A stretch of 64,000 nt of DNA from the NCBI GenBank assembly GCA_964583685.1, contig CAZOVJ010000002.1, positions 213,862 to 277,861 on the forward strand, given 5' to 3'. The translations under genes were made by a program, and so were the position numbers. Shown here piece after piece: positions 10,225 through 19,649 of this stretch; position 1 is the stretch's first letter; the number at the start of each line of letters is the position of its first letter. The notes beneath the pieces were generated by a model. That model was given only the letters and a program-made list of their open reading frames with translations, was not told where the DNA came from and ran no database searches. The stretch is from an uncultured Gammaproteobacteria bacterium (GTDB taxonomy: Bacteria; Patescibacteriota; Microgenomatia; UBA8517).

Positions 10225-11991
10225 TTAAAAACAGAAATATTCCTCGGGTCTAACGTAGACACCGTTTATGGCAAACTCCAAGTGCAAATGAGTGTTTCCT
10301 CCTAGATTAAATAACTCTCCTATTTTTGCCCCACTGGGGATACTCGTCCCGTAATTCGCTTCCCTTTTAAGGTGGGTGAAAACGATTGTGTATCCCCTAT
10401 TGGAGTCAAGATAAACATGGCTCCAGCCGGCTCTACCATTAGAAAAGCTGTTGTCATATACCCAGATGGTTTCTTCACCCAAGACCCGGGGAGCGAGGAC
10501 ATCAGTCGAGCCTGAAGGGAAAACATCGATGGCATAACCATAATAGGAGCACCTATTTGCCTGGCCTGAGCAGATGTTTCCTGGGCTGTTCAAAGGGCCC
10601 CGGCAGCCAGTTCCCTGAGGGAGAGCATAGCGACAACTACCTCCAACCCTTATCCAATACTCATTACTGCCGTGGCCAATTTCCCGTCCAGAATCATAAG
10701 AACCGTCAAGAGCCCCACGCATTCTTCCTCCGGGAACAGGACAATCAATAGGCGGATTGCCGATGACCACAGAGGCATTTGTGCTGGCAGTTGCCCCTTT
10801 CTGTTCTGATGTGTTGGCCGTGACAGTCAGGGAGTCAATAATGATTGAGTTATCATATTCTGTCCCCAAATTTAGTGAGTAGGTAAAGGTAAAACCTTGA
10901 CCCGGAGAGATTGTTTGAGGAAGATCGTTAAGTGCTTCTATCTCTGGATTTGGTTCGGCTGCATTACTTTCTCCGATGACTTTATATTGGTTTCTGATTT
11001 GAATATTGCTTAAACTTCCTTTTTTAGCGTAAATTTTTACTGTATATTCTACTGGGCCAAAACTGGGACAGCCAGCCCTGTTCATACAATTAGGGTCTGC
11101 GGTTTTCTCAATACCGATATAAGGAGAAGTGATTGCTCCTGGGACAAATGAGGGTGCTGGGGGGACAATGTAGGCGCCGGAATTGATGATAAAGAGAATG
11201 ACGGCGACGATGAGGGGGATAGCTACTATTACAACAACTGCAGGAGCAATCATCGCTCCGAGTGCCGCGCCCAATAAACCGGGAAAGGCGACTAAAATTA
11301 CACCAAGGCCAATAGCCGCTCCTGGAACCCCGCCGACCACAGCCAGGCCAGCGGCAGTTAGGCCAGCCATTACCTTTTTCCAGTTACGCTTGAGCAAGGG
11401 AATAACCTTGGTGGCAACCTGACTAGCTAGGGCACCAACAATTGGCGAGGCGACAATTGAAGCGGCAATCCCGGCAATCTTTGAAGCCAGAAACTGAACT
11501 CCTTTTTTAAGAAGTTTAGCCAGTCCTGTTTTAGCTAGTTTTCCAATACCTTTTTTAACAAGACCGCCAACGACTTGTTCTCCGGCCATCCTTCCTACTT
11601 CACCAAACACTCCTTTTAGGGGTATTGGGTTCTGCTTGAGGTTGGTTTCTAGTCTAGTATTAAAGTTTTCTTTCCAGACATTGTGAACATCTGTATTAAG
11701 CTCAACCTTGCTGGCTTCAATATCGGCGCTATGTTGCTGGTATTCATCTAAAAGGTTCAAGACTTCTGGTTCTGGCCTGGCCGGCTGGCCCGGGACTGGT
11801 CGGGAGACCTCTTTTTGGAGCAAGCCTTGAATTTGTTGAAGTTTCTGATCAGCGGGGATGTTCTCAGGGATTGTTCCTCGGAAAAGGGAAAGGAATGTTT
11901 CTTTTGAAACTCCCCGGTATTCATCTGACTGGGGACGAAGACGGAAAAAGCTGGCGACATCGATTAAAAATTGGGCTAATGACCTTTTCAT
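10225..11991 (-). CDS. T4SS-associated membrane protein with C-terminal M23 peptidase-like domain
   Basis: Gly/Ala-rich hydrophobic middle; AIDV...FTHL...GAKIG...THLHLE M23 motifs; directly downstream of VirB4. Confidence 0.7.
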   Translation of the reverse strand: MKRSLAQFLIDVASFFRLRPQSDEYRGVSKETFLSLFRGTIPENIPADQKLQQIQGLLQKEVSRPVPGQPARPEPEVLNLLDEYQQHSADIEASKVELNTDVHNVWKENFNTRLETNLKQNPIPLKGVFGEVGRMAGEQVVGGLVKKGIGKLAKTGLAKLLKKGVQFLASKIAGIAASIVASPIVGALASQVATKVIPLLKRNWKKVMAGLTAAGLAVVGGVPGAAIGLGVILVAFPGLLGAALGAMIAPAVVVIVAIPLIVAVILFIINSGAYIVPPAPSFVPGAITSPYIGIEKTADPNCMNRAGCPSFGPVEYTVKIYAKKGSLSNIQIRNQYKVIGESNAAEPNPEIEALNDLPQTISPGQGFTFTYSLNLGTEYDNSIIIDSLTVTANTSEQKGATASTNASVVIGNPPIDCPVPGGRMRGALDGSYDSGREIGHGSNEYWIRVGGSCRYALPQGTGCRGPLNSPGNICSGQANRCSYYGYAIDVFPSGSTDVLAPRVLGEETIWVYDNSFSNGRAGWSHVYLDSNRGYTIVFTHLKREANYGTSIPSGAKIGELFNLGGNTHLHLEFAINGVYVRPEEYFCF

Positions 11992-13766
11992 TTTGTGATA
12001 AGTCGATATTCCTCTTGGGAGGAGACAATTTTAATGGGTGCATGATGGGGTCCGGCAAAAAGAATCCCCTCGCCAATATTGGCGGCCATGAGTAATTGTT
12101 TTTCTCCTTGAGATAAATAGAAAACCTCACCCACTTTGTCAATGGCAGCAGGAGATTGCTTTAAGAGGAGTTGCATGGCTGAGTTGGTAAGAATTGCCTT
12201 GCCAATATCTTGAGCCAGGAAATCTTCAACATCTTGGGTAATGGTTGTTAATCCTAGAGAATATTTTCTGGCCCGTTTGACCACAGACCAAAGAAATTGG
12301 GCCGAGTCTGGAAACCTCATCATATGCCAGGCCTCATCAACAACCAGCAGTCTTCTTTTTCGCTCTTTTTTGATTTTTGTCCAGATAAAATCAAGAATGA
12401 TGAACATGGCGATTGGTCTTAAGACATCCTCGAGCTCTCTAACAGAAAAGACGGTAAAAGGATTTCGAATATCAATGTTCGTGTGCTGGTCAAAAATTCC
12501 CACAAAAGAACCTTTGACAAATTTTTCAATTCTAGCGGCCAGGTCAAGGGCTTCTTTTGTTTCCATGCCGATTAAAACTTTGTAAAGATCTTCCATCAGG
12601 GGTGGCTCTTTGCTTTGGCTGTTCGGGTCCTGGGTGATCCCCTTTGCCTTATAGGAGGCAACCAGAGCTCCATCAAGTAACGCTTCTTGAGAGGCGGTTA
12701 GCTGGCCCATGATTATCTTAAGAAGAGAATGGAGAGAAAGGATTTTCAATCCCAGTTGATTTTCCCCCGCTTCATAGATCTGGGAGAGACCAAAAGGATT
12801 AATTTTAGAAGGAGAGGAAAAAGAGAAGGAGATAAATTCGCCTCCAACAGCATCAGCAAGGTTTTTATATTCACTTTCCGGGTCGATGACGATTATCTCT
12901 GTTCCCAACATCAAAGACCTTAAAGACTCAAGTTTGACAAAAAAGCTCTTCCCCGCCCCGCTGGTGGCAAAGATGCTCATATTTGAATTCTCCAAAGAGA
13001 ATCTGTCAAAAATAATAAAGGACTCATTTTGAGAATTGATTCCGTACAAAACACCGCTGTCACTTGAAAGTTCAGCCGAAGTAAAGGGAAAGGTTGTTGC
13101 CAGAGAAGTGGTGTCCATGTTGCGGGTGATTACCAGTTTATCTAAGCCGAAGGGGGCGGTTGAAAGGAAACCCTGTTCCATGTCCAGCGTTGCCTGTCTG
13201 GCCACAACCATTAAAGACCCCAGGGTTGATTCAACTTGACGAGTAAGTTGATTGAGTTCCTCTAAAGATGAAGCAGGGATGGTTATATAAAAGGAAAACT
13301 CAAAAAATCTCTCTACCCCCTTAACCAACTGTTCTTGTAAAACTTTGGCATCTTCCAGTTTTGCCTGGGTTGATGGGTTGGCAATTTTACCTCTTTGTAT
13401 ATCAGTAGAGATTTCCGCCTCCATTTCAGCGATTTTACGTCTGAGATCATCGAGGACGCCTTTTCCCTCAACTGGATGAATATAAAAGGAGATATCCAGG
13501 GAGGCGTTAAAGTTGATTATCGGTTCCAACCAACCAGGGGAGACAAATCTAGGATAGCCGGCCATGAACAGGGTTCGCAGATAAACATCACCAATCTTTA
13601 TGTAGCCAAAATCAACCTCCATCTTTTCCGGGGCGATTAAATCTAAAGAATGGAGAAATTTTTGTTCAAAGGCAATCAAAGGGTCAGCGATTTTTGGCTT
13701 TTCCACTATGGGGGCAGGAACCGGAGTTGTTCTTTTCTCAACAGGCTTTTTTTTAGGCAGTTTCAT
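11988..13766 (-). CDS. virB4: VirB4/TraC-like type IV secretion ATPase
   Basis: Walker A ATSGAGKS, VIDPESEY, Walker B LLVVDEAW, RARKY, ITQDVEDF. Confidence 0.92.
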   Translation of the reverse strand: MKLPKKKPVEKRTTPVPAPIVEKPKIADPLIAFEQKFLHSLDLIAPEKMEVDFGYIKIGDVYLRTLFMAGYPRFVSPGWLEPIINFNASLDISFYIHPVEGKGVLDDLRRKIAEMEAEISTDIQRGKIANPSTQAKLEDAKVLQEQLVKGVERFFEFSFYITIPASSLEELNQLTRQVESTLGSLMVVARQATLDMEQGFLSTAPFGLDKLVITRNMDTTSLATTFPFTSAELSSDSGVLYGINSQNESFIIFDRFSLENSNMSIFATSGAGKSFFVKLESLRSLMLGTEIIVIDPESEYKNLADAVGGEFISFSFSSPSKINPFGLSQIYEAGENQLGLKILSLHSLLKIIMGQLTASQEALLDGALVASYKAKGITQDPNSQSKEPPLMEDLYKVLIGMETKEALDLAARIEKFVKGSFVGIFDQHTNIDIRNPFTVFSVRELEDVLRPIAMFIILDFIWTKIKKERKRRLLVVDEAWHMMRFPDSAQFLWSVVKRARKYSLGLTTITQDVEDFLAQDIGKAILTNSAMQLLLKQSPAAIDKVGEVFYLSQGEKQLLMAANIGEGILFAGPHHAPIKIVSSQEEYRLITK

Positions 13767-14445
13767 TCTGGGAATTTTCTCCTTTCTTTATGACTTTTAT
13801 GGGTTGGGGATTATATGTTTCGTAAAAAAGGTTTATTAATTGTTCTGTTGTTAGCTGTTTTAATTTAAGCCCCAAGCGACCGGCTTGTCTGATGATATGG
13901 TCACGTTTTGGGTAAAGGGCGATTTTTGCCTTTTTAATAACATAGTTTTTGGGAAAGGGAAGCGGACCAGATTTTTTGGTTGTTGCCAGGAATGATTTTG
14001 TTATTCCCAATTCAAGGTTGGAGAAGGGGATAATGATGAAAAACCTTTTGCCCAAAACATTTTTCTTTTTGATTGTTTCAGAAATGAAATTTTTATAACC
14101 AGCCATGATGACTTGAAGCTTGGGATTGCTGATTTTCTGGCCTGCTTGGTCAAGGAAGGATAAATAATTTGAGATATCCTTTCTTTGTGAGCGAATGAGA
14201 ATTTGAACAGAAAAGGAAAGGCTGTTTAGAAATGCAGCATAGGAAACAATTACCGCCTGCTGTTCCTTTTCCGACAAGAGACCGAAGTTAAGGGAAGTTG
14301 ATTCAAGAACCAGAGCAGCCCCACCGTTCTTAAAAAGAACAATGTTTTCCAGAACATCGGCTATGGGTAGCCCCTTTTGGCTGGTGGAAGAGATGGGTCT
14401 ATCAGGGATGTTCAGTAAAGGTATTTTTAGGTTTTTAATTGACAA
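13753..14445 (-). CDS. VirB4-associated (TraC N-terminal-like) T4SS protein
   Basis: NFGLLSEKEQQAVIVSYAAFLNSL motif; sits between prgI and virB4. Confidence 0.7.
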   Translation of the reverse strand: MSIKNLKIPLLNIPDRPISSTSQKGLPIADVLENIVLFKNGGAALVLESTSLNFGLLSEKEQQAVIVSYAAFLNSLSFSVQILIRSQRKDISNYLSFLDQAGQKISNPKLQVIMAGYKNFISETIKKKNVLGKRFFIIIPFSNLELGITKSFLATTKKSGPLPFPKNYVIKKAKIALYPKRDHIIRQAGRLGLKLKQLTTEQLINLFYETYNPQPIKVIKKGENSQNETA

Positions 14446-15430
14446 CTTCTACGCTCCTTTCTCTGGCCTTGGCCTTGACGGCAATGGGCGGGATTATTGA
14501 GCCCTTGGCCTCAAATTTTAGAGGGCTAAAGATTAATCCTTCTTTCTCCGTTATCAATTCATAGGTGCCGTTAATCAAGGGAGTTAGGGCTAAGAAATGA
14601 CCAGCCTTGTTGGTTTTAAATGCCCTAACCGGCCGGCCTTGGGCATCTTTTATTTCCAATATCGCGCCTTCAACTATCTTGGCCTCAGGGGTCATTACCT
14701 GACCAACTACAGTATTTGGTCTGGTTGGTGGATTGGGAGGGGCTGCTTCAAGGGAAAACTGGGGCAACTGAGCGCCGATTGCTCTTTGCCCCTTTAGAGT
14801 TTGTTCAACCATGGTTGTTTGCGGCTGGATGACGCCCACCTGGGCTGGGGCTGATGTTTCTTCAACAACAAAACCGGCCTTAGGTGGTTTAGGTGATTTA
14901 GGAATGGGTATTGTTTTTTGGGGAACCTGGACCGTTTTTTGTGGGGCAGAAGGGAGAATAGAGGTTAAGAGGGCGGTAATCTTAGAAAGAAAAGATTGTT
15001 CAGATGTTTCCAGCTTGGTTAGAAAAGGACTTTTCAATTGGGGCAGGGTTGCCAAATAAGTTTCGGCCGCTTTTTCTCCATGGGGGATGATTATTTCTTC
15101 TTTGGGAGCTGGTCTTTCTTCTCTAAAGAAAATTGGTGGCTTTTTACTTCCTCGCCAAAAATAGAGGGTTGGTGAATAAACAGACCTAAAAAAGGCGATA
15201 ATCCATTTTTCTAAAGACCTTTCTTGAAAGGGTAAAAAGGCCAGGGCTGCTCCCAGAAGGGCAAAAAACAAAATAGCCGGCCATTTAATTATCGGATGGA
15301 GAGGGGAGGCATAGAACAAAAGGGAGACCAAACAGCCCCCGGCAAGCTGAAGAAATTGCTTTAAGGTCATGTCTCCTACCAAGCGAAATTGGTAAGAAGA
15401 GATTTGTTGCGGGACAGGATGCTGCTCCAT
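14435..15430 (-). CDS. PrgI-family membrane protein with C-terminal carboxypeptidase-regulatory-like domain
   Basis: MEQHPVPQQISSYQFRLVGDMTLKQF plus 2 TMs; C-terminal VEGAILEIKD...KTNKAGHF. Confidence 0.8.
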   Translation of the reverse strand: MEQHPVPQQISSYQFRLVGDMTLKQFLQLAGGCLVSLLFYASPLHPIIKWPAILFFALLGAALAFLPFQERSLEKWIIAFFRSVYSPTLYFWRGSKKPPIFFREERPAPKEEIIIPHGEKAAETYLATLPQLKSPFLTKLETSEQSFLSKITALLTSILPSAPQKTVQVPQKTIPIPKSPKPPKAGFVVEETSAPAQVGVIQPQTTMVEQTLKGQRAIGAQLPQFSLEAAPPNPPTRPNTVVGQVMTPEAKIVEGAILEIKDAQGRPVRAFKTNKAGHFLALTPLINGTYELITEKEGLIFSPLKFEAKGSIIPPIAVKAKARERSVEVVN

Positions 15431-15497
15431 TGTTCTAATTTTTAGCTTATCCCATGAAGGATTGATTTCAAGTAGTGCCTGTTTTCACAGAAGGACG

Positions 15498-16133
15498 TTA
15501 GAGTTGTTTCCCTTTGTATTCTCTTGTGGTTTTTATAAAGTATTTGACAATTTCTTCTACTTTATATTCTTCTCGCAGATAATTTACGCCAAAGTCGACG
15601 ATATCCTTAGTATAAACGAGCTGTTCTAGGAAAAGCCTTGGGTTAAATTCACCCCTGAAACGCTTTATTGCTTCTTTTATGACAGAATCTATTGTTGTGT
15701 AACCTTCTTTCAGAAAAAAGAACATATCTACATAATCCCTCCAGGTACCTCGCCGTCCTATGGCATAGGCTTTATTACTTGCTAAATCGTGTAGACTGAA
15801 AAGGTTAATTGAGGTTGTCATAACGAGGGGATGTAGAGGGGGATATGGATATTTTACAAAACTGATTTTAACTTCACCTGGAGTAATGATGTCGATTTGG
15901 TTTGTAATATCTTTTATTATCTGAGAACTATGGCCAAATACTTTTCTAATTTTTTGACGTAAATAATCTGTTGTTTTGCTTTTTATAAAGATGTCGAAGT
16001 CAAAAGATTTTCGGTGTTTTATTTGAAGTGCTATAGCTGTTCCACCTCCAAGTACCCCGGTTTTCTTAAAAGACCCGAGTTTCTTAAAAACCCTAAGCCT
16101 TTCTCTGTCAAATATTTCTAGGTAAATTTTCGA
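15498..16133 (-). CDS. AbiEii-family nucleotidyltransferase toxin
   Basis: LGGGTAIALQIKHRKSFDFD, KAYAIGRRGTWRDYVD; start likely the MSKIYLE ATG (approximate). Confidence 0.85.
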   Translation of the reverse strand, partial: SKIYLEIFDRERLRVFKKLGSFKKTGVLGGGTAIALQIKHRKSFDFDIFIKSKTTDYLRQKIRKVFGHSSQIIKDITNQIDIITPGEVKISFVKYPYPPLHPLVMTTSINLFSLHDLASNKAYAIGRRGTWRDYVDMFFFLKEGYTTIDSVIKEAIKRFRGEFNPRLFLEQLVYTKDIVDFGVNYLREEYKVEEIVKYFIKTTREYKGKQL

Positions 16134-16410
16134 CATACTTACTCTCATCTAGGGTTTGTTTTAGGTTCTCTAAGAGAATTGTTTTAACCCAATTGAAAGA
16201 GAACGAAGAGTAAATCTTCATTGGTTTTTTTAGAAATACTTTTTTTATTTCTTCTTCTGAATAAGCCTTAAAAAGCCACTTTAAATGTTTAAAGGTGCCA
16301 TAAGCCAAGGTTTGGTTGATAATGTAGGCGCGGTCTTTTTCGAGGTCTAGACTTTTGATATCCCGTGACCAAAGAATTGGTTGTAGTCTTTGAGGAATTT
16401 TAGCTTTCAT
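16108..16410 (-). CDS. DUF6922-like putative antitoxin partner of AbiEii
   Basis: LWSRDIKSLDLEKDRAYIINQTLAYGT; overlaps the toxin start. Confidence 0.7.
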   Translation of the reverse strand: MKAKIPQRLQPILWSRDIKSLDLEKDRAYIINQTLAYGTFKHLKWLFKAYSEEEIKKVFLKKPMKIYSSFSFNWVKTILLENLKQTLDESKYVENLPRNI

Positions 16411-16493
16411 TGTAGTTTAATTATATCTTTTACTTCTTCTCCTTTCCACTTTCCCCTTGCACTCCTTGCTCCCCCGTTTTAATATAGTTCTAC

Positions 16494-16612
16494 GAGGTTG
16501 TGTTTAAGGAAACCCGTGACCTCCTTCGCCGAAGCTTTGGCGGGGAGTTATTCGGGTGCTGTGCCGCAACTGTAATCCCGCAAAGCGGGAGAGCCAGAAA
16601 ACTAACAACCTT
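16494..16612 (+). promoter_or_regulatory. Cobalamin (B12) riboswitch
   Basis: Closing stem GAGGTTGT/ACAACCTT; TAAGGAAACCCGTGA...ATTCGGG; GCTGTGCCGCAACTGTAA; B12 box GAGCCAGAAAAC. Confidence 0.82.
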
Positions 16613-16661
16613 CGGCCAAAGGCCGACCCGCCTCTGACGGGTGTCCCGAGCAGGAGAAAAA

Positions 16662-17690
16662 ATGTCAAAAGAACTTGCACTTAATACCCAACTTTGGCAG
16701 CCTAAGTTGGGTGAGTCTCCAGGACAGGCAAGAGAGAGAACGCAAAGAGATTTCGCCTCAGCCCTAATTGAGCAACATGGAGGAAAATTAGAGGAAGGGA
16801 TTAATCCCTATTTTTTGATTTTGGATTCAGATGGGGATTTAGTAGACCCGGACTCAGGCGAAAAGCTGGAGAATTTCTTGAGACGGGAAACCAGAATTGA
16901 TTTTTGGGAGAACAAGGCTTTTAAGCGGATTTCAGAGTGGGCAAGAAGGAACAGAGAGGGTTATTTGATTTGGGCGAGTCCTCCCTCCTCAGAAGTAGGC
17001 TACACAGAGTCCCGCTTTATAGTGATGGAGTTGATATCAGAACCAGAAAAGCAAAAGTCTTATCTTGAGGAACTTAAGAGTATTGGTATCGATATTGAAA
17101 TCATGGGCGGCTGGCAAAAGGTCCTTTTCTGTCGAGCCATTCGTGGCCGACAAACAGAGAAAGATTGTTTACAAATTGCTAGGCAAATTGCCCCTTTTTC
17201 TCCTGAGGAGATAGATACCTTCGAAAATACAGATGATTTGCGGGCCACTCCTATTCCTTTTGAGCCGGGTTTTGCTATGGACTGGATAGACTTTTTAGCC
17301 CAGTTTATTGAGCCCCCAGAAATTTGGCAAGCGATAAGAAGGGGCGATGATTGGCGAGCCAAAAGGAAAACGACCGAGATTGCCGATCAGATTGTTGAGA
17401 GGAACTATCCAGGTATTTTAAAAGCAACAACAGAGCTTGATTTTTTACTGGCCGGTGCCCAGATGGAGTTTGAAGCAGCTCGGATGGGAAGACCTCTTCA
17501 GGCAGTAGGTAGTTGTGGCGTGTCCAATATCGAGGCCTTGAAAAGACAAGGTATTTTTAATTTTCTTTATTCTTATTTTTCTTTAGAGAAAACCTTTCCT
17601 TGCCCAAATTGCGGCATGCCCATCCAGCGGGGTACTAGTCGGTGTCCTTATTGCGGGGCAAGAAACAAAGGCTGTCAGCTTCATAAATAG
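16662..17690 (+). CDS. Hypothetical protein with C-terminal zinc ribbon, downstream of B12 riboswitch
   Basis: AGGAG RBS before ATG 16662; GSCG and CPNC-x9-CPYC at C-terminus. Confidence 0.75.
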   Translation: MSKELALNTQLWQPKLGESPGQARERTQRDFASALIEQHGGKLEEGINPYFLILDSDGDLVDPDSGEKLENFLRRETRIDFWENKAFKRISEWARRNREGYLIWASPPSSEVGYTESRFIVMELISEPEKQKSYLEELKSIGIDIEIMGGWQKVLFCRAIRGRQTEKDCLQIARQIAPFSPEEIDTFENTDDLRATPIPFEPGFAMDWIDFLAQFIEPPEIWQAIRRGDDWRAKRKTTEIADQIVERNYPGILKATTELDFLLAGAQMEFEAARMGRPLQAVGSCGVSNIEALKRQGIFNFLYSYFSLEKTFPCPNCGMPIQRGTSRCPYCGARNKGCQLHK

Positions 17691-17722
17691 CTAAAAAATT
17701 TTCCAAATGCTAAAATATATTC

Positions 17723-19468
17723 ATGTCTGAACAAGGAGAAGGACCGGAGATAATACCTGCTGGTGGGTCGTGGAGCCCGGAGACAATAAAGAGGACAGCC
17801 GAGGCAACAAAGGTTAAAGGCTACGGCCCCATTCGCCCGGGAGGGGAGAAGGAGCAAATCCCGCGTATAGAAATTGATACAGGCCCCCTGGCAGACCAGG
17901 TAAAGGAGTTAATAAAAGGCCAGGAGGGTTTATTGGCTACTTTTGAAGCTCAACGTTTATCAACTGAGCAGCTTCTTGGGCTCTCACAAAAACAGAGTGA
18001 TGAATTAGTCAGAAGTTTGCAAAAGTTGCCGACCAGTCAAGAACGAGCACGGTGGGTGGACGTAGAATATAACCGTCTATTTTATACAAGATTTACTCCC
18101 AACATCGAGCCAAGATTTTACACAGAGATTTCCGATCCAGAAGAGAGAGCATTGTGGGACGCCAGATGGCAACTTGCCCGGGCCGCTTACTTTAAGCTGG
18201 CAACAACCGCCTTTCCCGATAAGTATGTAGAAAATGCAGACATTCAGCTTTTAAGCAATGAGCAGCTGGGGAGGCTTTATAAAATGCCCGGGGTTAAGCC
18301 AATGCTAAAGGCGTATGCAGAGGCAATAGTTGGAAAAAGAAAAGTGGTTGTTGAGAAGGATGGTGAAGACGAGACAATAACAATCTGGGATTGTAAAAGC
18401 ATGGCGGATTTTGAAAAATTCCGGACAAAATTGAGAGGGGAAAGTTTATCTATTGATGAACAGATGAAGGATGCAGTAGAAAGGGAAATAGAGAAACGAG
18501 AGCGTTCGGAATCAAGAAAGCTTAATGAAAGAGAAAGAAGAGAAACCAGAAAGCTTTTGGAAAAGGAGGCGGATGCGGTTGCCTTTAACCTATTTTGGGT
18601 TTCTAATCAAATAGAATCCTCTAATAGTCGTTATTCTGATGCCGGTAAGTTTCATAGATTACCTGGCGGAATGGCCTCACTGGAATTTTGGAGTGTGATG
18701 CATCCACAGGAGAGATTTGAGATTAAGGTCGAGCATTCTCAGAATTGGGGAGCGTTTAGTACTTGGGGAATTGAACAAATAGAAAGATTTAAAAATGAGG
18801 TGGGTTTTGACGATGATGATAAGGATAATAAGATAGAATTTCAAGCCGCTCCACGAGATAAATATTGGGAAAGGGGTCCAACAACAGAGCTTCCCGAAAA
18901 AAAGGGTAAGGTTTATACAATTTATGCCCCAGAATGTTATCCGATACTCACTTGTAGAAGTCTTTTTGAACATACCCGAGAGGAGGGGGGGAGTAAAAAA
19001 ACACTTTTGGAGCGCTTCTCAAAGGGCGGAGATGTAATCTGGGGAGATATTGGGGCAGACGCAGCAGTAAGGTGGCTTACCAGTAAATTTAACAAAGCGG
19101 TACCGCTTCTTGAGTATTATAATCCCGGAAAACCGTTCGAAAGGCGAGATTTCGGTTGGGGAAAGACATGGGCAGACCCTTTGAAAGAATTACTCGAAGC
19201 CCGTTTGAAATTGAACAAGGCCCTGGAAGGCCCCAAAGGGAAAGAAAGAAAGGAAGGATCCATACTGGGGATAACCCACCAGACCTATCACAACCTAAAA
19301 GTTTGGGCCATTTATGCTGCTCATGGGGGTGTGGCCTTTCCAGACAAAAGAGAACCGACACTAAATCTACCGGGTCTTCCGGGGAATGAGCAATTAATAT
19401 TAGGGAGGGCGCTGCGCCACGAAAAAGTTGAATATTTGGATATGCATGAAGGCTTCAGAATAGAATAA
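17723..19468 (+). CDS. Hypothetical protein (581 aa, charged)
   Basis: Long ORF preceded by extended -10 TGCTAAAAT 17708-17716. Confidence 0.75.
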   Translation: MSEQGEGPEIIPAGGSWSPETIKRTAEATKVKGYGPIRPGGEKEQIPRIEIDTGPLADQVKELIKGQEGLLATFEAQRLSTEQLLGLSQKQSDELVRSLQKLPTSQERARWVDVEYNRLFYTRFTPNIEPRFYTEISDPEERALWDARWQLARAAYFKLATTAFPDKYVENADIQLLSNEQLGRLYKMPGVKPMLKAYAEAIVGKRKVVVEKDGEDETITIWDCKSMADFEKFRTKLRGESLSIDEQMKDAVEREIEKRERSESRKLNERERRETRKLLEKEADAVAFNLFWVSNQIESSNSRYSDAGKFHRLPGGMASLEFWSVMHPQERFEIKVEHSQNWGAFSTWGIEQIERFKNEVGFDDDDKDNKIEFQAAPRDKYWERGPTTELPEKKGKVYTIYAPECYPILTCRSLFEHTREEGGSKKTLLERFSKGGDVIWGDIGADAAVRWLTSKFNKAVPLLEYYNPGKPFERRDFGWGKTWADPLKELLEARLKLNKALEGPKGKERKEGSILGITHQTYHNLKVWAIYAAHGGVAFPDKREPTLNLPGLPGNEQLILGRALRHEKVEYLDMHEGFRIE

Positions 19469-19469
19469 T

Positions 19470-19649
19470 TTATTTCTTAACAACCCTCTTTATTATTCTG
19501 GCTATTGTTAGGTCTGTTCCGCTTCGTCTGCCAGCAGCCCAGGCAGATTCTTCAATTATTCGAATAGCTTTCTCATAACCGTATTTTTTAAACATTTTTA
19601 CCAATTCCCTTTCCACGCCCTTGGCAGCGGTATTTCTTTGTATACTCAT
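19470..19649 (-). CDS. Small hypothetical protein (59 aa) coupled to the VirB6-like gene; not in ORF track
   Basis: MSIQRNTAAKGVERELVKMFKKYGYEKAIRIIEESAWAAGRRSGTDLTIARIIKRVVKK; ATG abuts the upstream TAA. Confidence 0.55.
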   Translation of the reverse strand: MSIQRNTAAKGVERELVKMFKKYGYEKAIRIIEESAWAAGRRSGTDLTIARIIKRVVKK

